Origin: Octopus bimaculoides
Lineage: Eukaryota
Assembly: GCF_001194135.2 (NCBI RefSeq)
Contig: NC_068984.1
Location: 11,525,022 to 11,589,021 of the forward strand
Direction of reading: 5' to 3'
Length of the DNA stretch: 64,000 nucleotides
The notes beneath the pieces are model-generated. The model did no database searches. It worked only from the letters and a program-made list of their open reading frames with translations, and was not told the origin of the DNA. Shown piece by piece: positions 52,680 through 64,000 of the stretch; the first letter of the stretch is position 1; every line of letters starts with the position of its first letter. Made by a program: the position numbers and the translations under genes.

Positions 52680-53604
52680 GGGCTTTCCTATAAGTAGGTT
52701 ATCTCCCTTGGCTAGGCGGCGCTCCGTGTAGATAATTAAACTTCCGGAGGCTAACCCACGCCATTGTTATTGTTTTACATCTTATCATGGGTATAAAGCA
52801 GCTTGATGATTCAGCTATCGAAGTACTTACTGTGCCTGAGTTACAGAANNNNNNNNNNNNNNNNNNNNNNNNNNNNNNNNNNNNNNNNNNNNNNNNNNNN
52901 NNNNNNNNNNNNNNNNNNNNNNNNNNNNNNNNNNNNNNNNNNNNNNNNNNNNNNNNNNNNNNNNNNNNNNNNNNNNNNNNNNNNNNNNNNNNNNNNNNNN
53001 NNNNNNNNNNNNNNNNNNNNNNNNNNNNNNNNNNNNNNNNNNNNNNNNNNNNNNNNNNNNNNNNNNNNNNNNNNNNNNNNNNNNNNNNNNNNNNNNNNNN
53101 NNNNNNNNNNNNNNNNNNNNNNNNNNNNNNNNNNNNNNNNNNNNNNNNNNNNNNNNNNNNNNNNNNNNNNNNNNNNNNNNNNNNNNNNNNNNNNNNNNNN
53201 NNNNNNNNNNNNNNNNNNNNNNNNNNNNNNNNNNNNNNNNNNNNNNNNNNNNNNNNNNNNNNNNNNNNNNNNNNNNNNNNNNNNNNNNNNNNNNNNNNNN
53301 NNNNNNNNNNNNNNNNNNNNNNNNNNNNNNNNNNNNNNNNNNNNNNNNNNNNNNNNNNNNNNNNNNNNNNNNNNNNNNNNNNNNNNNNNNNNNNNNNNNN
53401 NNNTGTCCGGTGTCTGGTAATCCCTTCGATACCGACATCAAACCAAAAAAAGAATCCTGACCACAGAGTGTGGGTAATTATGTCAAATGTTACTGGCAAT
53501 GTGCATTCAGCTGATTGCAACTGTTAAAGCAAGTCACTGAGCATGCGTACATGTCATACGGGAGAGTTCCAATCAGGGGTGGATAACACCTTATAGGAAA
53601 GCCC
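52680..53604 (+). mobile_element. TIR DNA transposon remnant with SAP-like and SWIM-like coding fragments
   Basis: Terminal GGGCTTTCCTATAAG / CTTATAGGAAAGCCC flanked by TATA. MGIKQLDDSAIEVLTVPELQ before the gap. VWVIMSNVTGNVHSADCNC...ACVHV after the gap. Confidence 0.7.
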
Positions 53605-56600
53605 TATAGCAGAAAAGAAAAGAAAAAAAAAACTTCGGTTAAAAAGGCGGGATGATCACGAGTGGAATGCTTTTGAATATACATCCTCGGGACTGTTCCA
53701 CTGAACTAAAAAATATAAAAATATCTAAATTTCAATTCTTAACTCTCATAATCTTATGATTGTTGAATTCAATATACTGCGATATATTTATTCTTTAGTA
53801 AATATTATTATCTTTACACGAGTAGGCAATAACATTTTTGGCGCTCTCATCTTATACAATAAGTCTATTATCTTTTTATAAGCAACAGGATGTTTTGTAC
53901 TCCTGGACACCTGAATCCAAGAATAACTATCTTTCTCGTTCCCAACTCTACTACATTTTCGTCTTTGAAAACCCCATGCCCCGTATCCTAAATTAATTTT
54001 CCTCTCCTTGAAAATCCCAGGTTTCAATGATGTCCCCAGTAACGAATAGGAAGCTGCTACATTCTTTGATGATATTGTTCCAGCACGTTACGATCAACTC
54101 TATCACGTTTCTGTTGCTGCTATCACGTTGCTTGGCAGATGAAAACTTGATTGTTCACTGAAGCATTTAAAAGAAACCTAGCATGAGCGGAGCTGTTTCT
54201 ATCAAACTCAAAATCTATTTGCAATGTTTTTTTTTTAATATTTACACTTATATTATAACCAGTATATATTACATAATTGCTTAGTAGCATCTATGTAATC
54301 ACAGTGTTAATGGTTTCCAATATTCGCGGCAAAACATCTTACATATAAATAAGTAGATAAGTTGAAGTAAAAAAAGAAACTAACATAAAATAAATAAAAG
54401 ATATAAATCTAGATAAAAACTAACAAAATGCAATAGCATAAAAACGTAAAATGTATGAAATAAGTAAAAATAAAATATATAAAGAAACTCAATAAAATTA
54501 AATTCAATTTAAATTTAAATAAAATAAAAATAAAATAAATACAATAAATAGAACAAAATAAATAACAAATAAAAGCAATTAGATAAAAAAAAAACATAAA
54601 GGAAAGAAAATAAATAAAAATTCAGTAAAATAAAATGATAAAAATAAAATAAAAAATTCCAATCAAAGCAAATCGAAACATGCGAAGGGCAATGACATTC
54701 AAAGTAATATAGGGAAGTTATCTCCCTTGAATTTATTGTTGTTATATTCGTCCTCACGTTGCATGACAGATGATCAGGGAAACCTGTCAGGTAATCAGCT
54801 AAATTAGCGCATTACCGTAAGTCAAATTATTTCTTTTATACTAATTATCTGTTTGCTTTCTAATATATATATATATATAAAATGTCTACGTTTTGAAGAA
54901 TTTAAATGTCGTTGTCAAAAATATTATTTACAAGCCGCTTTGTTTTTATTAGAATATTATTTTTTAAAAACTCACACCTCCTTACGTATATATATTTTGT
55001 TAGACTGAGACTTACTAGTTTTGGTTTATATAAACCTCTATTATATTCAGAAATCGTGAATCTAGTCTAACTCGTTCGTTTATTAAATGTAGTTGTTTTA
55101 TTAGTGGTTATCCTTACTTATCTAAAAGCCGTATATATATATATATATTTTCCTAGTTATCAACTTTCAAAACATTTGCCATTTTATGATTTAATTGTTT
55201 CATTTAAACGATAAAACAGTCATATTGAGAACAGTGGTTAAGGAAACGATCTTACTCTAACGCCATTACGAATATTGAATTTACAAAATATGTATTTGAA
55301 TCTCTGTTTACGCAAGAAGAAGTAGACGATAATGAAGTTTTTTAATACCTTGTAGCGTGTGTATGTATTATATATATTTTCCATAACGGAAAGATACGCA
55401 CACACACACACATTTAAATCCAAATTAGATATGATGTTATGGTCAGAGTCTGTTGTAATTGTTTAACCCCAAGTTAGCGGTGATCAAACATTCCAGCGGT
55501 GACTATACATCATTTTAAGAGTTTACGAGATTACATTATATTATGTGTCTTTCCTTTGTTTTTCTTAAGACGGCAGCAGATTTCTTATGAGATCGATTTG
55601 GCTGCTGTTTCTAACAGCTCGATCGCCACCCCCGCCTGCTTTCCTTGACTTGTTGAATACCTCCAACTCACGTGTTGAATGAATATGTGCGATCCGCTGA
55701 TTCAAGGTTCCAAAATACATTGTGCATGTGTTTGTTTATATGAAGGAAGGTGTAATAAGTCTGTTAGTTCAATGTTTGGCGGAGTTTGGGAATAGCTGTA
55801 CTTCGAAATCCCATACCTCATTGAAGTATGGGATTTTTCCTTCCATCGTTTTTCTTGGAGTGGGAATGCCATCTTCGTTTTCAAATATATAACTATATAA
55901 CTTTGTTTTGATTTCATTATAAACCCCTCTGTTATATGTGCCTAAAACCAAAGATCGATAAAATATCTTTTCCCCCAAATTTCTTTTCTCTACATTTTTG
56001 CCCGTCTCTTCCATACTCTTCTATTCCCATAAGGTGTGAGTGGACTCCGAGAGACAATTATTCCTAAATTCCTCCTAGTTTTCCTTTTAAACTACCAAAA
56101 AGGGCCCTCATCGTACGTAATTTGACATCTAGATTTTATATGATTATGATTCCGTATATTTCGATATTCAGGGCCGACACATTTGGTGGTACCGTAAGCA
56201 TTAGTTAATCCCTAATAGTGCTGTTAATTTCCGTGTTTTAGCATTCTATGATTATTTCTCATGTTCAAAGAATGGACATCAGTTACCAAAGATACATACA
56301 TGCATATTGTATTTTATATGTATGTGTGTGCGTGCCCCCATGCTAACATATTTACACATATATATATGTGTGTGCGCACTTACACACACGTCTGTGTGTG
56401 TGTGTATTGTTTGCTTTTTACTTGCTTCACAAATGTACTGCGACCGTGCTGGGGTCTCATCTTGGAGGATTTAGTCGAAGAGATCGCCCCCCCCCCGCCA
56501 TTTCTAGTGCTTCTTTTATTAAACCGAGCACTTAATCCATTTGCTTCTTTTGTCGAACCGCTAAATTACGGGGACGTAAATAAACCAACACCAATTGTCA

Positions 56601-59600
56601 AGCGGTAGGACTGAAACCCAAGGCCATGTCGTTGGGAAGCAAACTTCTCAACCACACAGCCACGCCTGCACCTATTTTTAACGGAAACCCTCTTTGAGGA
56701 TCGAATTCACGGCCCCTGGTTTACAAGGCCAGTATATAAATGAACCGGTATGTTTCATGTAAATATTTTCGGTCTCCAAAGGTATTTAGCTTGTCAGTTT
56801 ACTTCCTACTTTCAGAAAGAATTCCAAATACAAATAACAAAATACACACGCTATGAAAACAAATTTCAGGTTTGCAGAGAATCCCCTTGTTTATTGTCCC
56901 TGTACTGGTGACTCCATATAAAGTTATGTTTACTATCACTGACACATTCTCATCCTTTCTGTCTGCCCGTCGCTTTCTCGGGATATTTTTTAAAACGGGG
57001 GCCACATTTTTCATTAACGAAACACTTTGAAACTTGGAACACTGGTAGAATGTGTCATATAAAACATCTTTTTCTCTTAGTCTTCTTTAAAAAAAAAAGA
57101 AATCCCTAAGTTATTCCATGTTAAAGTTGTCGTATTTCTGTAATTTCAACCAATCACTGACGTCCATTCAGCCCATATACATTAAGTGATAGGGTTAGGG
57201 TAAAACAGCAAATTTAAAAAGAAAAAAGCAAATAAAACGAAGAAAAAAAAAGAAAATGAAAAANNNNNNNNNNNNNNNNNNNNNNNNNNNNNNNNNNNNN
57301 NNNNNNNNNNNNNNNNNNNNNNNNNNNNNNNNNNNNNNNNNNNNNNNNNNNNNNNNNNNNNNNNNNNNNNNNNNNNNNNNNNNNNNNNNNNNNNNNNNNN
57401 NNNNNNNNNNNNNNNNNNNNNNNNNNNNNNNNNNNNNNNNNNNNNNNNNNNNNNNNNNNNNNNNNNNNNNNNNNNNNNNNNNNNNNNNNNNNNNNNNNNN
57501 NNNNNNNNNNNNNNNNNNNNNNNNNNNNNNNNNNNNNNNNNNNNNNNNNNNNNNNNNNNNNNNNNNNNNNNNNNNNNNNNNNNNNNNNNNNNNNNNNNNN
57601 NNNNNNNNNNNNNNNNNNNNNNNNNNNNNNNNNNNNNNNNNNNNNNNNNNNNNNNNNNNNNNNNNNNNNNNNNNNNNNNNNNNNNNNNNNNNNNNNNNNN
57701 NNNNNNNNNNNNNNNNNNNNNNNNNNNNNNNNNNNNNNNNNNNNNNNNNNNNNNNNNNNNNNNNNNNNNNNNNNNNNNNNNNNNNNNNNNNNNNNNNNNN
57801 NNNNNNNNNNNNNNNNNNNNNNNNNNNNNNNNNNNNNNNNNNNNNNNNNNNNNNNNNNNNNNNNNNNNNNNNNNNNNNNNNNNNNNNNNNNNNNNNNNNN
57901 NNNNNNNNNNNNNNNNNNNNNNNNNNNNNNNNNNNNNNNNNNNNNNNNNNNNNNNNNNNNNNNNNNNNNNNNNTAGGATTCAGTTTAGAATATTAGTTTA
58001 AGGTCCCCATTAACCCTTTGGAAACCAGCCTGGTTCTATGACATAAACTTTGTTTTAAAGTAAACTATATTAAAATCTTTTATCAAAATTTCATGTTAAT
58101 TTTTTTCCAGACACCAGCTATTTTACTAAATTCTTCATTATTTTCTAAATTAACTGTAAGAAAGGCATTGTATTTCAACAGAAATTTGATAACAAAATTG
58201 GGTCTTATCAATTTACTAGCTGGCCCTGTGCTGTCAAAAATGACAGCTAATTGTAGTATTTTATATATAAATATGGATGGTAAATCAAATTAATACACTT
58301 GTCAATGTTATCTTGTGGAGATGTGACATTGACCATCGTTTGTTACTGAAAGAACGCTGATTCACACACAAACATTCAAATACTTCCCCTGTACACCCAC
58401 ACTGAAACACTGATTTTTCTTGAATGTTCATCGCACTTCCATTGCACGCACACACAAACACACCTCTCTTCTACATACGCGCACACATACTCACACAGAG
58501 TTGAAACTCTCCCACTACCAAGTTAGCCATCACCCCTTCCTTCTTTATCCATCTATCACCCTTTCCTTTCTCATTCATGTGACGGAGAAAAACAGAGTAT
58601 TATTATAGTAGATTATTTCTTAACTCTTAAAGAGGAAGAATTCTAAACTTTCTGATCTGGTTTTGTCAATGTTATATTTGCAGAAAAGACATTCGAGCGA
58701 GGTCGTTGCCAGTGCCGTTGGACTGGCTCCTGTGCAGGTGGCACATAAAATATCATTTTGAGCATGGCCATTGCCAGTACCGCCTGGCACGTGAAAGCAC
58801 TCACTACACTCTCAGAGCGGTTGGCGTTAGGAAGGGCATCCAGCTGTAGAAACTCTGCCAAATCAGATTGGAGCCTGGCGTAGCCATCTGGTTCGCCAGT
58901 CCTCAGCCAAATCGTCCAACCCATGCTAGCATGGAAAGCAGACGTTAAACGATGATGATATATATATATATATAGCTGTCTGGATGTTTTGCGTTCTTGT
59001 CCCATTTTTTGTATTCCTTTATATATATACGTGTGTGTGTGTGTATTATCATCATTTAATGTCTGCCTTCCATGCTGGCATGGGTGGAACAGTTTGACAG
59101 CAGCCGGTCAGGCATAAACCTGCAACAGACTTTTGCGATTGTTTTGGCAGGATTTTTACAGCTGGATGCTCTTCCTGACACCAACCACCCAACAGAGTGA
59201 ACTTAGTGCTTTCTATGTGGCACAAGCACAGGCGAGGTCAGTTTTGGCAAGGTTTTTACAACTGGATGCCCTTCCAAATGCCAACCACTTTACAGTGTGG
59301 ACTGGATGCTTTTTATGTGGCACCTGCACTGACAGGGTCACCAAGTAACCTGCAAGACAAAGATCTCTTGAGAGAGGAAGGGGCATTGGAGGTGGTGATC
59401 TTGTGTCAGATGATGAAAAGTTATAGTGAGACAGAGAGACAGAAACAGGTGTCTTGCTGTAGAGGAGTTACAAGGTTACCTGGCCGGAGAGAGAGAGAAG
59501 GAAGGAATGAGGACAGAAACAAGGTGTACTGCTGCGAAGGAGATACATGGTTATTCAACCTGAGGGAAGTGCAGGAGAAGGAGAGAGAGAGAGAGAGAGA

Positions 59601-60254
59601 GTTGGAGACATTAGGGTAGAGATGGTGGCAAAGTGCCAGGCACATTCACAAGGGGCGGGGATCAGGATATAAATGGGATGGTTGAGTAAAACCAGAGAGA
59701 GATATAGATGGTGGCAAGTGCCAGGGCACACCCTTGAGATTTTAAGGCCATAATATAAGTGGCAGGATTGCCAAAGAAGTGTGATTAGAGAGTGGGGAGA
59801 GGAAGTGAGTGGTAAAAACCTGGGTATATAAAGTGGGGTGGGGGATACTGGGTAGCAATGATACAGAGAAACAGGGCTCCGTGAGGACAGGATTGGGGAG
59901 TGAGAGATAGACATAGGGCATGAAGGAGGAAATGTGAGGAAGAGAAGAGATATAGATTGGTTTGTTGGGGAAGAGTGTGTGAAAAGTTTTCTTGTTATGT
60001 GTGGGTGGAACACACAGGTCAGGGGCTACCTGATAGCAATGAGACAGGGCCAAGCGGACTGGATTCGGGAGTGGGAGGTAAGGATAGTGCATGAAGTAGA
60101 AATGTGAGGAAGAGAACAGATATGGGGATGTAGTTTGGTTTGTTGTGGTGGGGGGTGTGAAAAGTTTTCTTAGATGTGGGTGGATCTTCTCAACAACCTC
60201 ATATCACCAAACATCTTGGTCCATTGTTATTTCCTCTGTGAGGCCCAACATCCT

Positions 60255-60700
60255 GAGATCAGTCCTTAACACTTAATCCCATGTCTTTCTGGGTTTCTCT
60301 CTTCCAGTGGTCGGCACTTCTTTATAGTCCTTGTTCATGTGCATCACATGTCCAAACCATAGTCTTCTCTTGCATGCTGCATTTGATTCCTCTTATGCCC
60401 AACTTTTCTCTCAATATATTTGCATTTTGTCATACATGTGCACTGATGTTGCACATCCAACAGAACCTACTGCCTTCATTTCTCTCCAGTCAGTGTAATG
60501 TCTTCTGCATTCAGAGCCTATGGAGTACAGCCATTCGCACACAAGCATCATACAGTCTACCTTTCACTCTGAGAGAGGGTCCTTTTGTTGCCAACAGAGG
60601 TAGTAGCTCTCTGAACTTCCTCCACCCTATTGTTATTCTAGAAGCAATACTTTCAGAGCATCTGCCCCTATTGCTAATAAGCACAACATGTCCATAAAAG
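60255..60700 (-). mobile_element. RTE-clade LINE 3' fragment
   Basis: Homologous to 18791-19200 (CTTATGCCCAACTTTTCTCTCAA...CATCATACAGTCTACCTTTCACTCTGAGAGAGG). Confidence 0.8.
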
Positions 60701-62480
60701 ATTTTTATCTTGGATGAAAACCAGTCTTTTACCTGCTAATGTATATACATCAAGTATTATATACAGATAGCTTTTTAATCTAATACTGTTTCAACTGCAT
60801 ATGCTGTATTATGCATACATACACACATATATGATGAACATTTGTATGTGTGTCTATTTGTGTACATATATGTATGTATATTTGTGTACATATATGTATG
60901 TATATATGTATATATATATCTATGATGATGATATATAAGACCAAAAAGGACAATAAAAACCAACCAAGGCAGGATGAGTATCTCTAGTCATTTAGAATAT
61001 TTAATTAAAGTGAATTTGAAATAATTAATTAATTAATCAACTAGTTATTTAATCAATTAATTATTGGATGTCTTACAGCTGTTTCTGAGATATCCCAAGT
61101 GATAGGTTAGCATCTTCATACACTGAGTATTCTGTCCTCAGAGACAAGGTGAGTATGTATGAAAGTTCTAGACAGGGAATTCACAGACAGAAATTGTAGC
61201 TTGCTGCATCCTTATATAACTGGTTACGTCTTCACACTTCACTTTTCCGTTGCCATAACACTTCCAGTAAATGGAATGGCATATGAAGTTACCATAAAGA
61301 GACATCTGTACGTCATTGGATTATAGGAGATAAGCACTTGTACAACATGAGTACCACTGTCTCCCTGATTAGTATCTAGTGACAGGCTGAAGGAAGATGA
61401 TCAGTAATCATGTGAAACAGGTTTTTATCTATCTACACACACACACATCGCCATATTTCATTCCATAACAGCTACGTCTGAAGCTCGCAGGGTTACATAA
61501 TCAGACTGTTACCTAACGCTCCATTGAACTCCTAGTGCAAAAATCAGTTGGTAAAATCAGCCATAATGGATAAATAATAATGTACATTTCAATTAATTAA
61601 TATATATATATATATATATATATCATTATCATCATCATCGTTTAATGTCCGCTTTCCATGCTAGCATGGGTTGGATGATTTAACTGAGGACTGGCAAGCC
61701 AGAAGACTGCACCAGGCTCCAATCTGGTCTGGCAGAGTTTCTACAGCTGGATGCCCTTCCTAACGCCAACCACTCCAAGAGTGTATTGGGTGCTTTTACG
61801 TGCCACCAGCACGAGGGCCAGTCACACGGTACTGGCAACATATATAATAAGTATGATGTTGCAAACAGAGAAAATAGAATTCAAAATATGAGCATATGAA
61901 TATGTTTATTAATATTTAGCAGAAGTAACAGAGTAACCCGAGGTCTGAGAGTTTCATGCATTAAAACTCTTGGCACTTGAGTCACTCTGTTGCTACTGTG
62001 CATATACATTGTGTGTGTGTGTGTGTGTGAGAGAGACAGAGTGTGTGTATGTGAGAGAAAGAGAGTGTGTTTATGGGTGTGCGTGCATGCATGTGTGTGT
62101 GTGTGTGTGTGTGTGTCTTATTTACACATTTTGCCCTTAGTGACTTTCAGAGTTGAATTCCTTTCCATCCCTTCTTTTCCCTTCTTACATTTTTGGGTGC
62201 TTGTTTAAAGGAATCTCTCCAAAATTTCTGTGTTTGTCCCCCCCCCCCGTCTCTCTAACTCATATTTATTTATAGATTTTCTACATTTTGAATATTGCTG
62301 TAATTCCCTGCATTTTAACCCCAACCTGACCTCTGTTGACATCTTCCTAGTGTTTTGACAATCACCTTTCCAAACCAACAAAGAAACTGCTATTATTTGA
62401 CTGGCTACAAATACCAGCCAAATCACCCACAAATCACACAATACAGTCCCAGACAAATAATTTAGTCTTTGATACAATAT

Positions 62481-63196
62481 GTTAGGAAGGAAGGAAGGAA
62501 GGAAGAGTGAGTGAGCAAGTTCTTTCTTTCCTACCTTTCTTTATTTCCTTTCTTTCTTTCCTTCCTTTCTTTCTTTCTCTCTCTTTCTTTTTCTTTCTTT
62601 CCTTTCTTTCTTTCTCTCTCTCTTTCTTTCTTTCTCTCTCTCTTTCTTTCTTTCTCTCTCTCTTTCTTTCTTTCTCTCTCTTTCTCTTTCTTTCTTTCTC
62701 TCTTTCTTTCTTTCTTTCTCTCTCTTTCTCTTTCTTTCTTTCTCTCTCTCCCCCTCTCTCTTTCTTTCCTTCTCTCTCTCCCCTCTTTCTTTCCTTCCTT
62801 CCTTCTTTCCTTTCTTTCTCTCTTTCTTTCTCTCTCTCCCCCTCCCCCNNNNNNNNNNNNNNNNNNNNNNNNNNNNNNNNNNNNNNNNNNNNNNNNNNNN
62901 NNNNNNNNNNNNNNNNNNNNNNNNNNNNNNNNNNNNNNNNNNNNNNNNNNNNNNNNNNNNNNNNNNNNNNNNNNNNNNNNNNNNNNNNNNNNNNNNNNNN
63001 NNNNNNNNNNNNNNNNNNNNNNNNNNNNNNNNNNNNNNNNNNNNNNNNNNNNNNNNNNNNNNNNNNNNNNNNNNNNNNNNNNNNNNNNNNNNNNNNNNNN
63101 NNNNNNNNNNNNNNNNNNNNNNNNNNNNNNNNNNNNNNNNNNNNNNNNNNNNNNNNNNNNNNNNNNNNNNNNNNCTTTCTTTCCTTCTCTCTCCCC

Positions 63197-63236
<40 letters not shown>

Positions 63237-63356
63237 TCCTTCTTTCTTTCCTTCTTTCTTTCCTTCTCTCTTTCTTTCTTTCTCTCTCTCTCCCTCTCCT
63301 CCTCTCTCTTTCTTTCCTTCTCTCTCTCCCCTCTTTCTTTCCTTTCTTTCTTTCTC

Positions 63357-63404
<48 letters not shown>

Positions 63405-63405
63405 A
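62481..63405. repeat. (CTTT)n/(CT)n polypyrimidine microsatellite with gap
   Basis: Direct inspection. Confidence 0.95.
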
Positions 63406-64000
63406 GCCATTTTGAACAATTTAGAATCTTATTGGACGTCTGCATCTATTTTACCGATCCCAGAGAAACAAACAGTCAATCCATATATGCATGTATATAT
63501 TTGCATGTAATGACAAATATCAAAGAATGGAGTTCGCAAATTATTTTCATGCTTAGCTTTTAATCATTTCATCCTTATGTATTGTGGCTTATCTTGTATT
63601 CTGTTGTAACCATGTCAGCAGCTATTGATTAATTTCCATCTGCTATGTAGGATTTCTTTTGAATTTTCAGATAGCAGATATCTGTAGAAGTGCTTCATGT
63701 GGTAAGCACTTCACTTGATCATCATCATCATCATTGTTTAACATCCGCTTTCCATGCTGGCATGGGTTGGACGATTTGACTGAGGACTGGCAAACCAGAT
63801 GGCTGCACCAGGCTCCAATCTGATCTGGCAGAATTTCTACAGCTGGATGCCCTTCCTAACGCCAACCACTCCGAGAGTGTAGTGGGTGCTTTTACTTGCC
63901 ACTGGCATGAGGGCCAGTCTGGCGGTACTGGCAATGGACACTCTCAAATGGTATTTTTACGTGCCACCTGCAGGGGAGTCAGTCCAGTGGCATTGACAAC

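Noticed and set aside
55769-56014. 81 aa ORF ending EDGIPTPRKTMEGKIPYFNEVWDFEVQLF
   Set aside because: No recognisable family, weak acceptor, no linked exons.
57256-57996. ORFs spanning N runs (also 9995-10491, 50404-50973, 52699-53520)
   Set aside because: Artefacts of gap translation.
62507-63563. Long SLSF / KERK ORFs
   Set aside because: (CTTT)n microsatellite and a gap.

Overview
Repeat-rich, AT-rich animal genomic DNA with many N gaps. The SINE families resemble those I recall from Octopus/coleoid cephalopods (inference). Two spliced genes lie head-to-tail on the minus strand. LIN37 (MuvB/DREAM subunit) is reconstructed as 8 coding exons (34550 to 23444, 714 nt, 237 aa) with consistent intron phases. 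The first 3 coding exons of HDAC11 follow (16592 to 9418), and the rest lies left of the window. The remainder is tRNA-derived and RTE-type SINEs, RTE, HERO-like and Gypsy remnants, a decayed mariner, hAT elements, microsatellites and several long inverted repeats. The most notable unexplained structures are: hammerhead-ribozyme-like motifs in three different non-autonomous elements (best at 20747-20789, centred in a long inverted repeat); a TIR element with SAP-like and SWIM-like coding remnants inserted in a SINE; a MULE-like foldback about 300 bp upstream of the HDAC11 ATG; and a competing splice donor/uORF arrangement at the LIN37 5' end. No gene could be identified in 35-64 kb, although isolated exon-like segments exist. 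Coordinates were counted by hand, and repeat boundaries are approximate.
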